A DNA stretch of 64,000 bases, from assembly GCA_036262515.1 (NCBI GenBank), contig DATAIT010000082.1, positions 654 to 64,653 of the forward strand. The letters are read 5' to 3'. Shown piece after piece: positions 1 through 12,786 of this stretch. Numbering within the stretch: the stretch's first letter is position 1; every line of letters starts with the position of its first letter. Below the pieces are notes generated by a model, which was not told the origin of the DNA, made no database searches, and was given only the letters and a program-made list of their open reading frames with translations. The position numbers and the translations under genes are program-made. The stretch is from Acidimicrobiales bacterium (GTDB lineage: Bacteria; Actinomycetota; Acidimicrobiia; Acidimicrobiales; GCA-2861595).

Positions 1-1148
1 GCAGCCCTGGCCCGGCCCTCCGGCGAGCGCAGGTCCGCCGTCCCCAGCACCCGCTCGACCCGGAAGCGGAGGAACGGCGTGGCCTGGTCGACGGAGGCAC
101 GCAGCCGGTCAGGGTCCTGCCGGGCCAGGTCGCCCGGATCCGAGCCGGCCGGCAGGGCGGCGACGAACAGGTCGACCTCGTAACGCCGCTCCCACTCGTA
201 GAACCGCTCGGCCGCCGCCTGCCCGGCGGCGTCGGCGTCGTAGGCCAGCACGATGCGGCGGGCGAAGTTCTTGAGCATCCGGAAGTGCTCGTCGGCCAGG
301 GCCGTCCCGCACGTGGCCACCGCCCTCGGTACGCCGGCACCGAAGAACCCGATGACGTCGGTGTAGCCCTCGCACACGACGACCTCGCCCGTGGTCACGA
401 CCTCACTCTTGGCCCAGTTCAGCGCGTAGAGCGTGCGGCTCTTCGAGTAGATGGGGGTCTCCGGCGAGTTCTTGTACTTCGGCCCGTCGGCGTCGGGCAG
501 CTTGCGCCCGCCGAAGGCGACCGCCTTGCCGGCGGCGTCGAAGATCGGGAACAGGACCCGGGCCCGAAAGCTGTCCTGCTGGCGGTTCCGGCTGTTGACG
601 AACCCCAGCCCGGTGTCCTTCAGGACGTCGTCCGGCAGGCGGAGCGCCTTGGCCAGGGCGTCCCAGTCGTCAGGGGCCCATCCCATGCGGAAGGCCCGCA
701 CCACGTCGCCGTCGTAGCCACGCGACCGCAGGTACGCCCGCGCCGGCGCGGCGTCGGGCCCGCTGAGCAGGCACTGGTGGTACCACTCGACGGCCTTCTC
801 CATGGCGTCCAGCAGGCGGGACCGGCGCTGGCGGTCGCGGCCCTCGCGCTCCTCGTCGTAGCGCAGCTCGATCCCGGCCCGGCCGGCCAGTCGCTCCACC
901 GCCCCGACGAAGTCGAGGTGCTCCACCTGGCGGACGAAGGTGATGACGTCGCCCTTGGCCTGGCAGCCGAAGCAGTAGTACAGGCCCTCGTCGGCGTTGA
1001 TGGAGAAGGACGCCGACTTCTCGGCGTGGAACGGGCACAGCCCCACCCAGCGCTGGCCGACCCGCTTGAGGGCCAGGTGCTCCGACGCCACCTGCACGAA
1101 GTCTGTCGCGGCCCGCACGCGGGCGACGTCCTCGTCGACGATACCCAC
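1..1148 (-). CDS. dnaG: DNA primase DnaG, N-terminal part (3' end lies beyond the window edge)
   Basis: Manual minus-strand translation from GTG at 1148. It shows the zinc finger CPFHAEKSASFSINADEGLYYCFGCQAKGD and TOPRIM motifs VVVCEGYTDVI and LAYDADAAG. It is absent from the ORF track because it is edge-truncated. Confidence 0.9.
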   Translation of the reverse strand, partial: MGIVDEDVARVRAATDFVQVASEHLALKRVGQRWVGLCPFHAEKSASFSINADEGLYYCFGCQAKGDVITFVRQVEHLDFVGAVERLAGRAGIELRYDEEREGRDRQRRSRLLDAMEKAVEWYHQCLLSGPDAAPARAYLRSRGYDGDVVRAFRMGWAPDDWDALAKALRLPDDVLKDTGLGFVNSRNRQQDSFRARVLFPIFDAAGKAVAFGGRKLPDADGPKYKNSPETPIYSKSRTLYALNWAKSEVVTTGEVVVCEGYTDVIGFFGAGVPRAVATCGTALADEHFRMLKNFARRIVLAYDADAAGQAAAERFYEWERRYEVDLFVAALPAGSDPGDLARQDPDRLRASVDQATPFLRFRVERVLGTADLRSPEGRARA

Positions 1149-1321
1149 GAGCGAGGACGGTACCCCCTGGCGCCCGGGGACGATGCCGGCGGCCGCTCGG
1201 CGGCTGACCGCTCAGCCGATCGGCACCCCGGCGACGTCAGCCGTCGACCAACCCGCCGCCCCGACCTCTCCGCAAGACCAGCCGCTGTCCGCCCGAGCCC
1301 GGCGCCCCGCAGGGTCGGGCG

Positions 1322-3955
<2,634 letters not shown>

Positions 3956-4135
3956 GCGGCGAGCCTATCTGCCGAGGCTCCGCGATGACCCTGGTCCCGA
4001 CGACCACTTCGACCGGCTTCAGGGACGTTGTATCAGGACGTCGGGACCGCACCTCGTAGAGGCGTCGTGGCAAACGTCACGCATACCTGGGCGGTGCGGG
4101 AAGCGCCTTCGCCCACGTCCGAAAGGAACTCGACC

Positions 4136-5134
4136 ATGCTCCGCAAGAAGACCATCCTCACGTCCCTCGCCGTTGCCGCCCTGGCTGTGTCCGTGGGGAT
4201 CGCACCGGCTCACGGCAGCGAGAAGAACGACGGCCCCGGTGGCCAGGCGAGCGACAGCGTGCTCCCCGCCGAAGCCGCCGCCGCCCAGGCCGCCCCTCGC
4301 GCCGCCCGCGGTGCCGAGGCCGCCCTGAGCGCCCTGCAGGCCAACATCGGCCGTTGGGTCGCCGCCAACGGGCCCAAGCACACCTTCGCCAGCTACTTCG
4401 ACGCGACCACCGGCCGGATCGTTCTGAAGACCGATGCGCCGGGCCACGTGGTGGCGTCGCTCGTCGGCACCAACGCCGGGCTGGTCGACACGAGCGCCAC
4501 CGACATCTCCGACCTGGCCACCCGCAAGGCCGACACGACCCCGTACTGGGGCGGGGCCGGCATCACCAAGACCACCGGCACCCCGTGGTGCTCGAGCGGC
4601 TTCACCGTGGTCAACGCGTACGGCACCCGGTCGATGATCACCGCCGGCCACTGCTTCAGCAACGGGACGACGGTCAGGACCGAGCTCGGCGGCCTGTACA
4701 TGGGCACGGTCAGCGGCAACGGCCTGCCCTACAGGGACATGGAGCGCATCAGCGGCTCGTCGTACGCCGGCCGCATCTACTCCGGGGGCACGAACAGCTC
4801 GACCTCGCTGCCCGTCCACGGTGCGGGCGACCCCGTCGTCGGCTACACCAACTACTGCCACAGTGGCCGCACGACGGGGGAGAACTGCGGGCACAAGGTG
4901 ATCAGCACCTCGGCCCAGGTCTGCACCTCGAGCGGTTGCAAGTCGCCGGTGATCGCCTTCCAGAACGGTTTCCTGCCGCAGGGCGGCGACTCGGGCTCGC
5001 CCTTCTACGTGGGCGACAGCGCGGGCGGCGTGCACATCCGGGGCATGATCATCGCCGGTGACGGCACCACGGAGTACGCGGAGAAGTGGAGCCGGATCTC
5101 GTCGAACTTCGCCGTCTCCATCGTGACGGGCTGA
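4136..5134 (+). CDS. secreted S1-family (streptogrisin/alpha-lytic type) serine protease with pro-region
   Basis: The start was moved to MLRKKTILTSLAVAALAV (signal peptide), preceded by GAAAGGA. Catalytic motifs are ITAGHCF and GDSGSPF. Confidence 0.85.
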   Translation: MLRKKTILTSLAVAALAVSVGIAPAHGSEKNDGPGGQASDSVLPAEAAAAQAAPRAARGAEAALSALQANIGRWVAANGPKHTFASYFDATTGRIVLKTDAPGHVVASLVGTNAGLVDTSATDISDLATRKADTTPYWGGAGITKTTGTPWCSSGFTVVNAYGTRSMITAGHCFSNGTTVRTELGGLYMGTVSGNGLPYRDMERISGSSYAGRIYSGGTNSSTSLPVHGAGDPVVGYTNYCHSGRTTGENCGHKVISTSAQVCTSSGCKSPVIAFQNGFLPQGGDSGSPFYVGDSAGGVHIRGMIIAGDGTTEYAEKWSRISSNFAVSIVTG

Positions 5135-5172
5135 CGCGGCCGGCCCGCAGCCGGCCGAGTGACAGGCACGGA

Positions 5173-5199
5173 AAGGGGGGCGGGTCGACCGCCCCCCTT
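5173..5199. terminator. GC-rich hairpin between convergent genes
   Basis: aaggggggcgg / ccgcccccctt forms an 11-bp stem with a 5-nt loop, between the protease stop (5134) and the stop of the minus-strand ORF (5208). Confidence 0.4.
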
Positions 5200-5207
5200 C
5201 TGGCCGT

Positions 5208-5657
5208 CTACACCACGGTGAGCGACCACGGCCCGCCCGTGCTGACGGTCGTCCCGCCGGCGTCGTCGGTCACCGCCACGACGGCGTAGACGTCGTAGGC
5301 CCCGGGGGGAAGGGCGTCGTCGGGCGAGGGGTGGCCGGCGGCGGCGCAGGCCCGGAGGCTGCCGGTGGCACCGAGCGTCTGCGTCGCACCGGGGAGAATG
5401 TCGAGGGGCACGCCGAGCAGATCCTTGACCAGTGGCGTGGCCACCACGGTGCCGCCGCGGGTGACGTAGACGTCGGCCTCCGGCGAGACCACGCCGGACA
5501 CGGGGTGGGCGCCGGCCTCCACGGTGACCGTTCCCGTAAAGGCCCCGCCGCTGCGTTCGGCCACTGCGGGGAACGAGGCGGTGACGAGCAGCGGCCCGCC
5601 GGTGGCGGCCAGGGGATCAGCGGGTTCGCCGCAGCGCGGGAGGGCCGGTTGGTGCAT
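5208..5657 (-). CDS. hypothetical protein
   Basis: 149-aa ORF directly downstream of glyQS on the same strand, with high GC3. I recognise no motif in it. Confidence 0.45.
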   Translation of the reverse strand: MHQPALPRCGEPADPLAATGGPLLVTASFPAVAERSGGAFTGTVTVEAGAHPVSGVVSPEADVYVTRGGTVVATPLVKDLLGVPLDILPGATQTLGATGSLRACAAAGHPSPDDALPPGAYDVYAVVAVTDDAGGTTVSTGGPWSLTVV

Positions 5658-5708
5658 CGTGCTCCATTCGGTTCGGTGCCGCCTCGGTGCCCCCTCCGCC
5701 TGCCGGCG

Positions 5709-7019
5709 TCAGAAGCCCAGGCGGGACCGCAGCGTGTCGACGAGCTCGTCGATGGGCACGCGGACCTGCTCGAGGGTGTCGCGGTCGCGGATGGTGACGG
5801 CCTTGTCGTCGAGGGTGTCGAAATCGACGGTGACGCACAGCGGCGTGCCGATCTCGTCCTGGCGGCGGTAGCGGCGCCCGATCGCCTGGGTCTCGTCGTA
5901 GTCGACCATCCAGTGGGGCTGCAGCCGTACGAGCACCTCCCGGGCGGTCGGCGTGAGGGTGTCCTTCTTGGACAGCGGCAGAACGGCGACCTTGTACGGA
6001 GCGAGCCTCGGGTCGAGACGGAGCACGGTGCGGGTCTCGTCGTTCACAACGTCGGTGTCGTATGCGGCGAGGAGGAAGGCCATCATGGCCCGCGTCGCCC
6101 CGGCCGCCGGCTCGATGACGTGGGGCACGTACCGCTCGTTGGTGCCCTGGTCGAAGTACTCGAGTCGCTCACCCGACGCCGCTGCGTGCGCGCTGAGGTC
6201 GAAGTCACCCCGGTTGGCGATGCCCTCCAGCTCCCCCCAGCCCCACGGATAGCGGAACTCCACGTCGGAGGTGGCCGAGGAGTAATGGGACAGCTCCTCC
6301 TTGTCGTGCGGGCGCAGGCGCAGCCAGTCCGCGGGGATGCCGAGGTCGAGGTACCAGTTCATCCGCTCGGTCGTCCAGTAGTCGAACCACGTCTCCGCCT
6401 CCGACGGCGGGACGAAGAACTCGAGCTCCATCTGCTCGAACTCCCGGGTACGGAACACGAAGTTGCCGGGCGTGATCTCGTTGCGGAAGGACTTCCCCGT
6501 CTGGGCGATCCCGAACGGCGGCCTCTTGCGCGACGTGTTCAGCACGTTCAGGAAGTTCACGAACATGCCCTGGGCCGTCTCGGGCCGGAAGTAGGCGATG
6601 TTGGCGCCCTCCTGCACCGGGCCGACGAAGGTCTGGAACATCATGTTGAACGCCCGCGCCTCGGTGAGATCGGTCGAGCCGCAGTTGGGGCACGTTCCCT
6701 CGATGTGGTCGGCGCGCCAGCGCTCCTTGCAGCTGCGGCAGTCGACCAGCGGGTCGGTGAAGTTGGCCAGGTGGCCCGAGGCCTCCCACACCTTCGGGCT
6801 CGACAGGATGGCGGCGTCGATGCCCACCACGTCGTCGCGCAGCTGGACCATGGAGCGCCACCATGCGTCCTTCACGTTGCGGAGCATGAGCGCCCCGAGC
6901 GGTCCGTAGTCGTAGGTGGACCGGAAGCCGCCGTAGATCTCGCTCGAGGGGAACACGAACCCCCTGCGCTTGCACAGGTTGACGATCGTCTCCATCAGCT
7001 CGGGCGACGGTTCGGCCAT
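5709..7019 (-). CDS. glyQS: glycine--tRNA ligase (class II, homodimeric type)
   Basis: 436-aa ORF containing IYGGFRSTYDYGPLG, FRNEITPGNFVFRTREFEQMELEFF and the anticodon-binding C-terminus. Confidence 0.95.
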   Translation of the reverse strand: MAEPSPELMETIVNLCKRRGFVFPSSEIYGGFRSTYDYGPLGALMLRNVKDAWWRSMVQLRDDVVGIDAAILSSPKVWEASGHLANFTDPLVDCRSCKERWRADHIEGTCPNCGSTDLTEARAFNMMFQTFVGPVQEGANIAYFRPETAQGMFVNFLNVLNTSRKRPPFGIAQTGKSFRNEITPGNFVFRTREFEQMELEFFVPPSEAETWFDYWTTERMNWYLDLGIPADWLRLRPHDKEELSHYSSATSDVEFRYPWGWGELEGIANRGDFDLSAHAAASGERLEYFDQGTNERYVPHVIEPAAGATRAMMAFLLAAYDTDVVNDETRTVLRLDPRLAPYKVAVLPLSKKDTLTPTAREVLVRLQPHWMVDYDETQAIGRRYRRQDEIGTPLCVTVDFDTLDDKAVTIRDRDTLEQVRVPIDELVDTLRSRLGF

Positions 7020-7093
7020 GAGCGGAGGATAGGTCGTCCCCGATCAGGCCGATCCGGCCGCCCCCGCCGCGCCGTTCCGGAGGCTGCGCCTCT

Positions 7094-7237
7094 CTAGCGG
7101 GCGGTTGCGGATCGCCGGTCGCCCGAGCGGCCGTCCTGCCACCGGTGCCGCGCCATCTCGGCCACGGTTGCCGCGGCGTCGGTCGTGTCGCTCTCCCGGT
7201 CCAGCTCGTATATGGCCTCCACGCTGATGACGAGCAT
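7094..7237 (-). CDS. small hypothetical protein (47 aa)
   Basis: ATG is preceded by GGGAGGGGAG. GC3 is high throughout. It lies between recO and glyQS and is below the ORF-track size cut-off as an independent ORF. Confidence 0.4.
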   Translation of the reverse strand: MLVISVEAIYELDRESDTTDAAATVAEMARHRWQDGRSGDRRSATAR

Positions 7238-7320
7238 CGGACTCCCCTCCCTCGGTCTGGCTTGGTGAGCGCCGGGGAAGGGCCCCTGATACGCGCCGCA
7301 GTGGCGTCTCGGAGAGATGG

Positions 7321-8094
7321 TCAGCCAGAGCTGCGCTGCCACGCGCCCGCCCAGCGGCGTGCCGCCAACGACGCGGCGGCGGTGCCGTCGAGCACCCCGA
7401 GCGACTTCAACCGGCGCTCGAGGTGGTACTCGAGCGAGCGGTTGGCCAGGTGCTCGAGCTCGACGGCGGCCGGGCCGGGCGGCTCGTTGAGCGCCTCGGC
7501 GAGGCCGCCGCCGAGGATGCGGCGAAGGAGTTCGAGCGCGGCCGGGCTGAGCGGCGAGCCGCGGCGGCAGGAGCGGCACAGGACACCGCCCTCCGCCATG
7601 TCGAACGCCTCGAGCCCGTCGTCCGCCCCGCACGTGGCGCAGCGCTCGAGCAGGGGGTGGGCGCCCTCCAGCGACAGGAGCTTCCAGAAGAAGGCAGCCA
7701 GGACGAGGGGCGTGCCGTTGGCGGCAACCGCCCGCAGCCCGCCGACGAGCAGCTGGTAGAGCCGGGGCGACGGCTCCCGCTCCTGGGCCACCTGGTCGAC
7801 CGCCTCCAGCATCGACGCAGCCCGGCCCATGCGGTCGAGGTCGTCGCGGATGACACGGAAGTGGTCGAGCGACTCCGCCTGGCTCACGATGTCGAGCTCC
7901 CGGCCCTCGTAGAGCAGCAGGCTGACGTGGCTCAATGGCTCGAGCCGTGCCCCGAAGCGGCTCTTCGTCTTGCGAACACCTTTCGCCACCGCCCGCACCT
8001 TGCCGTGACCCCGGGTGACGATGGTGACGATGCGGTCGGCCTCGCCGAGCCGCATGGTGCGCAGCACCACCCCCTGATCCCGGTACAGCGCCAT
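7321..8094 (-). CDS. recO: DNA repair protein RecO
   Basis: 257 aa. It has the N-terminal OB fold MALYRDQGVVLRTMRLGEADRIVTIVTRGHGKVRAVAKG and the Cys4 zinc module CATCG...CRSC. Confidence 0.9.
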   Translation of the reverse strand: MALYRDQGVVLRTMRLGEADRIVTIVTRGHGKVRAVAKGVRKTKSRFGARLEPLSHVSLLLYEGRELDIVSQAESLDHFRVIRDDLDRMGRAASMLEAVDQVAQEREPSPRLYQLLVGGLRAVAANGTPLVLAAFFWKLLSLEGAHPLLERCATCGADDGLEAFDMAEGGVLCRSCRRGSPLSPAALELLRRILGGGLAEALNEPPGPAAVELEHLANRSLEYHLERRLKSLGVLDGTAAASLAARRWAGAWQRSSG

Positions 8095-8106
8095 GCCGCC
8101 GCCCGC

Positions 8107-8826
8107 TCAGACGTCGAGGCCGCCGAAGCGGCGGTCCCGGCGCTGGAACTCGCGGACGGCTTCGAACAGGTTCTCGCGGCGGAAGTCGGGCCACAGCACG
8201 TCGGTGAACACCAGCTCGCTGTAGGCCAGCTCCCACAGGAGGAAGTTGGAGATGCGGAACTCGCCCGACGTGCGGACGACCAGGTCCGGGTCGGGCATGT
8301 CCGGCAGGTACATGCGCGAGCGGATGGCCTTCTCGTCGACCCGGTCGGCCGGCACGCGGTCGGCGACCAGCCGGCGCACCGCATCGACGATCTCGGCCCT
8401 GCCGCCGTAGTTGAAGGCGATGGTGAGCGTCATGGTGCGGTTGCCGGCCGTGAGGTCGAGCGCCTCGTCCATGCGCCGGATGAGGCGCCGCGGGACCCGC
8501 CAGTCCCGCCGGCCGGCGAAGCGGATCCGCACGCCCCGCTCGTTCAGCTCGTCGCGACGGCGGAGGAGGAGCGACTCGTTGAACTTCATGAGGTAGCGCA
8601 CCTCGTCCACGGGCCGCTTCCAGTTCTCCGTCGAGAAGGCGTAGACGGTGAGCCACCGGGTGCCGAGGTCGAGGGCTCCCTCCACCGCGTCGAACAGCGC
8701 CTCCTCCCCCGCTCCGTGCCCTTCGGTGCGGGGGAGGCCCCGCTTGCCGGCCCACCGGCCGTTGCCGTCCATGACCACACCGATGTGGACCGGCACCCGC
8801 CTCGGGTCGATGCCGTCGAGCTCCAC
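8107..8826 (-). CDS. uppS: isoprenyl (undecaprenyl/decaprenyl) diphosphate synthase, cis-prenyltransferase family
   Basis: Contains HIGVVMDGNGRWA, the signature C-terminus RTSGEFRISNFLLWELAYSELVF, and RRFGG. Confidence 0.9.
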   Translation of the reverse strand: MELDGIDPRRVPVHIGVVMDGNGRWAGKRGLPRTEGHGAGEEALFDAVEGALDLGTRWLTVYAFSTENWKRPVDEVRYLMKFNESLLLRRRDELNERGVRIRFAGRRDWRVPRRLIRRMDEALDLTAGNRTMTLTIAFNYGGRAEIVDAVRRLVADRVPADRVDEKAIRSRMYLPDMPDPDLVVRTSGEFRISNFLLWELAYSELVFTDVLWPDFRRENLFEAVREFQRRDRRFGGLDV

Positions 8827-8914
8827 GTCAGCGACGGTACCGCGCCGCCGGGGTTGGGCTCCGCCACCCGGCGCGGACGGATTCCCCGCAGGTCACAAGG
8901 GGTACGTTCGCTCC

Positions 8915-9811
8915 GTGCTCGAACGTCTCCTCTGCCCGCTGGCCAGGCGCTGGGCGTGGGTCGAGACCGGTCTGCGGGTGCAGAAGCGCTATGACGAGGT
9001 GCACGGCGGGTATCTCGGCTCGGCCGTCACGTTGAGCGCCTTCCTCTCCCTGTTCCCGTTGCTGCTGGCGGTGGTGGGCGTGCTCGGCGTGGTCTCGAGC
9101 AACGCGGCCGACCTGCCGGGCACAGTGATCTCGAAGCTCGGGATCGAGGACCCCACCACCACCAAGCTCCTGCGCGACGCCTTCGCGACGGCCGAGGACA
9201 GCGGCAAGGCGGCGTCGGTGATCGGCGTCCTCGGTCTGCTGTGGTCGGGACTCGGCCTCGTGGCGGCACTGCAGTTCACGTTCGACTCGGTGTGGCAGGC
9301 GCCCGGCCGCGGCCTCAAGGACAAGCTGTTCGGGTTGGGCTGGCTGGTGGGCGCCGGACTCCTGTTCGTCGTCTCCTTCGCGGTGACGTTCCTGCTCGGC
9401 CGGCTGCCGGGTCCGGCCTGGCCGTTCGCCATCCTCGGCAACTTCCTCGTCGCCGTACCTCTGTGGATGTGGACGTTCCAGGTGCTCACCAACCGCGACG
9501 TCGGATGGAAGCACCTCGTTCCCGGCGCCGTCCTCGGCGCCGTGGGCCTCCAGCTGCTCCAGACCCTCGGCGGCATCTACGTGCCGAAGATGGTGAGCTC
9601 GTCGTCGGCGCTCTACGGCACGCTCGGCATCGTCTTCGCCATCCTGGCCTGGCTGCTGTTCTTCGGTCGGCTGCTCGTCTACGCCGCGACCCTGAACGTC
9701 GTGCGCTGGGAGGAGGAGCACGGCACCGTCACGGCGGAGATCGAGATACCGAAGATGCCGGGCGACGTGCCGCTGAACGCCACCCGCGCCGGAGAGGCGC
9801 AGCCGGTATAG
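8915..9811 (+). CDS. YihY/BrkB-family inner membrane protein
   Basis: The start was moved to GTG 8915. The upstream part of the 387-aa ORF overlaps uppS antisense. It is a multi-pass membrane protein with GGYLGSAVTLSAFLSLFPLLL. Confidence 0.8.
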   Translation: MLERLLCPLARRWAWVETGLRVQKRYDEVHGGYLGSAVTLSAFLSLFPLLLAVVGVLGVVSSNAADLPGTVISKLGIEDPTTTKLLRDAFATAEDSGKAASVIGVLGLLWSGLGLVAALQFTFDSVWQAPGRGLKDKLFGLGWLVGAGLLFVVSFAVTFLLGRLPGPAWPFAILGNFLVAVPLWMWTFQVLTNRDVGWKHLVPGAVLGAVGLQLLQTLGGIYVPKMVSSSSALYGTLGIVFAILAWLLFFGRLLVYAATLNVVRWEEEHGTVTAEIEIPKMPGDVPLNATRAGEAQPV

Positions 9812-9856
9812 GCCTGGCGAACCGCTGTCCTGTCGGGCATCCCGTACCCTGCGGGC

Positions 9857-10942
9857 ATGGGCGGCAGCACCTTCGGCGAGGCGTTCCGCGTGACGACCTT
9901 CGGCGAGTCGCACGGACCCGCGGTGGGCGCCGTCGTCGACGGGTGCCCGCCCCGCCTGGCCATCGACGTCAAGGAGATCCAGCGCGATCTCGACCGCCGG
10001 CGGCCGGGACAGAGCCACCTCACGACCCAGCGCCAGGAGGACGACCGGGCCGAGATCCTGTCGGGCGTGTTCGAGGGCCTCACGCTCGGGACGCCGATCG
10101 GCCTGCTGGTCCGCAACCAGGACGCCCGGTCGGGCGCCTACGAAGCCATGCGCGACGTGTACCGGCCGTCCCACGCCGACTACACGACGGAGGCCAAGTA
10201 CGGCGTGCGCGACTGGCGTGGCGGCGGCCGGGCCAGTGCCCGCGAGACGACGGCCCGGGTGGCCGCCGGTGCGGTGGCCCGCAAGCTGCTGGCCGAGGCG
10301 GCGGGCGTGGAGGTGCTGGCGTGGGTCGACGCCGTGCACGCCATCAGCGCCTCCGTCGACGCCGACACGGTGACGGCAGAGGCAGTGGAGGCCACGCCGG
10401 TCCGCTGCCCCGACCCCGAGGCGGCCGCGGCCATGACGGCGGCCGTCGAGCAGGCGCGGCGCGACGGCGACTCGCTCGGCGGCGTGGTGTCGTGCGTCGC
10501 CCGCAACGTGCCCGCCGGGCTGGGTGAGCCGGTGTTCGACAAGGTGGAGGCCGACCTGGCCAAGGCCATGCTGTCGCTCCCGGCCGCCAAGGGCTTCGAG
10601 ATCGGCAGCGGCTTCGCCGGCACGCTGCTCACCGGCCTGGCCCACAACGACCCGTTCGTTCCCGGACCCGGCGGGCGGCCCACCACGTCGTCCAACCGCT
10701 CGGGTGGCGTGCAGGGTGGCATCACCAATGGCGCCGCCGTCGTCGTCCGGGTCGCCTTCAAGCCGACTGCCACCATCGCGTCCGCCCAGCAGACCGTCGA
10801 CCGGGAGGGCAACGCCGTCACGCTGGCCGCCCGGGGCCGGCACGACCCGTGCGTCCTGCCCCGGGCCGTACCGATCGTCGAGGCCATGGCCTGCCTGGTG
10901 CTGGCCGACCACTGGCTGCGCCAGCGGGCGGTGCGGGGATGA
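9857..10942 (+). CDS. aroC: chorismate synthase
   Basis: Contains [41 protein letters not shown] and [12 protein letters not shown]. Confidence 0.95.
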   Translation: MGGSTFGEAFRVTTFGESHGPAVGAVVDGCPPRLAIDVKEIQRDLDRRRPGQSHLTTQRQEDDRAEILSGVFEGLTLGTPIGLLVRNQDARSGAYEAMRDVYRPSHADYTTEAKYGVRDWRGGGRASARETTARVAAGAVARKLLAEAAGVEVLAWVDAVHAISASVDADTVTAEAVEATPVRCPDPEAAAAMTAAVEQARRDGDSLGGVVSCVARNVPAGLGEPVFDKVEADLAKAMLSLPAAKGFEIGSGFAGTLLTGLAHNDPFVPGPGGRPTTSSNRSGGVQGGITNGAAVVVRVAFKPTATIASAQQTVDREGNAVTLAARGRHDPCVLPRAVPIVEAMACLVLADHWLRQRAVRG

Positions 10943-11904
10943 GCCTGGTGAAATCGAACGACCCGTGCTGGTGCGGCAGCGGCCGCAAGTTCAAGCGCTG
11001 CCACCGGGCCGCCACCGAACCCGTACGACCGGGCCGTGTCGGGCCCCGGCGCCTGGTGCCCGACGGCATCGGGCGGCCGTCCTACGCCGACACGGGGGTC
11101 GTCGACCGCTGGGCCGAGCCCACGGTGAAGTCCGCCGACGTGGTCGAGCGCATGCGGCGGGCCGGCCGGGAGGCGGCCGACGCGCTGGCCGTCGTGGCCG
11201 CCGCCGCCCGGCCGGGGGTCACCACCGACGCCCTCGACGAGCTCTGTCACGCCGAGGCGCTACGCCGCAACGCCTATCCGAGCCCTCTCAACTACGAGGG
11301 GTCGGTGCAGCCGTTCCCGAAGTCGCTGTGCACCTCGGTGAACGAGGTGATCTGCCACGGGATCCCCGACGACCGCGCCCTGGTCGACGGCGACATCGTC
11401 AGCCTCGACGTCACCCTCTTCCTCGACGGCGTGCACGGCGACACGTGCGTCACCGTCGCGGTCGGCGACATCGACCCCGCCTCACGGCGCCTCATCACCG
11501 TCACGCGGGACTGCCTGGCCCGCGCCATCGACGCAGTGGCGCCGGGCCGGCCGCTCAACGCCATCGGCAAGGTCATCCAGGACCACGCGCAGGGTGCTGG
11601 GTTCGGCGTGGTGCGCCAGTTCGTCGGCCATGGGGTCGGCGAGATGTTCCACAGCGGGTTCTACGTGCCGCACTACTTCGACGCCACCCGGACCGAGCCG
11701 CTGGAGCCGGGCATGACCTTCACCATCGAGCCCATGATCACGATGGGCGCCTGGCGGGCTCGCATGTGGGACGACGGCTGGACGGCCGTCACCGCCGACG
11801 GTCGCCGGGCCGCCCAGTTCGAGCACACCCTCCTCGTCACCGACGACGGGGCGGAGATCCTCACCACCCCGAGCGACACCGCGACCCATCCCTACTGGGC
11901 CTGA
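10939..11904 (+). CDS. map: type I methionine aminopeptidase with N-terminal SEC-C zinc-finger motif
   Basis: The ATG overlaps the aroC stop (ATGA). The N-terminus is [15 protein letters not shown]. The pita-bread fold shows VCHGIP, DIVSLDV, GHGVG and FTIEP. Confidence 0.9.
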   Translation: MSLVKSNDPCWCGSGRKFKRCHRAATEPVRPGRVGPRRLVPDGIGRPSYADTGVVDRWAEPTVKSADVVERMRRAGREAADALAVVAAAARPGVTTDALDELCHAEALRRNAYPSPLNYEGSVQPFPKSLCTSVNEVICHGIPDDRALVDGDIVSLDVTLFLDGVHGDTCVTVAVGDIDPASRRLITVTRDCLARAIDAVAPGRPLNAIGKVIQDHAQGAGFGVVRQFVGHGVGEMFHSGFYVPHYFDATRTEPLEPGMTFTIEPMITMGAWRARMWDDGWTAVTADGRRAAQFEHTLLVTDDGAEILTTPSDTATHPYWA

Positions 11905-11918
11905 CACGGCGGCGGCGG

Positions 11919-12620
11919 TCAGGACCCGAGGCGGGCGATCAGGTCGTCGAGGTCGCGGCGCAGGGCGGCCACCTCGGCCTGCAGGACCGCCACCTGCGAC
12001 GCCAGTGGCGGGGCGGCCGGCGAGGGCGGCGAGAACGGCCCATCGTCGCCGCCCGGCCCGGCGTGGCCTGCGGCGCGCTCCAGTCGCTCCGGGCGTTCGG
12101 TGCGGTCCGACGAGTCCTCCGACGTGTCGGGGGCGAGGAGCTGGACCCACCGCTCCTCCCGGCGTCCAGGCTCCCGGCCCAGGCGCGCGACCAGGGGCTC
12201 CTCGCGCCCGGCCAGCGTCTCCAGCACGTCCTCCACCTGCCGGGGATCGGCGAAGTCGGCCATCCGCTCGGTGCGGATCCGCAGCTCGCCGGCCGTCTGC
12301 GGGCCACGAAGCAGCAACACGGCCAGCAGGGCCAGCTCCGGCGTCTCGAGGCGCAGGACCTCCTCGAGCACCTGGCGGTAACGGGTGACCGACCGCCCGT
12401 GGGACGGGTGCACGAAGCGCACCAGGCCGCGACTCTTGAGACCCGCCAGCGTGGTGTCCACCAGGCGCTCGTCGTAGGACACGACGGGGTTGCGGCTCGA
12501 CGTCTGGTTGCAGGCGGCCAGGAGCGCGTTCAGCGTCAGCGGATACTGCTGGGGTGTGGTGAGCTGCTTCTCGATGAGCGCGCCGACGATCCTGGCGGCC
12601 GGTGGCGTGAGGTCCATCAC
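11919..12620 (-). CDS. YceH/DUF480-family winged-helix protein
   Basis: The N-terminus ARIVGALIEKQLTTPQQYPLTLNALLAACNQTSSRNPV is typical of UPF0502/YceH. Confidence 0.75.
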   Translation of the reverse strand: MMDLTPPAARIVGALIEKQLTTPQQYPLTLNALLAACNQTSSRNPVVSYDERLVDTTLAGLKSRGLVRFVHPSHGRSVTRYRQVLEEVLRLETPELALLAVLLLRGPQTAGELRIRTERMADFADPRQVEDVLETLAGREEPLVARLGREPGRREERWVQLLAPDTSEDSSDRTERPERLERAAGHAGPGGDDGPFSPPSPAAPPLASQVAVLQAEVAALRRDLDDLIARLGS

Positions 12621-12786
12621 GGCGTCCCCGTCGGGCCGTTCAGGGCGTCACGCGAGGCCGGCCGTCGTCGAGGACCGTGACCCGCCCGGCGGTGCGGGTT
12701 CCGGCCGACGCGGGCGCCTGCCACTCGGACCCGGTGATGTCCTCCATGCGCCGACGAGCGTACGCGGGGTGCGACAGACTCGGGCG

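Noticed and set aside
7020-7093. T-box or other leader upstream of glyQS.
   Set aside because: Only about 73 nt are available and no specifier or T-box sequence is recognisable. This is too short for a T-box riboswitch.
8828-10912. 694-aa minus-strand ORF spanning the YihY-like gene and aroC.
   Set aside because: It lies opposite two genes with strong family signatures. It is a high-GC artefact.
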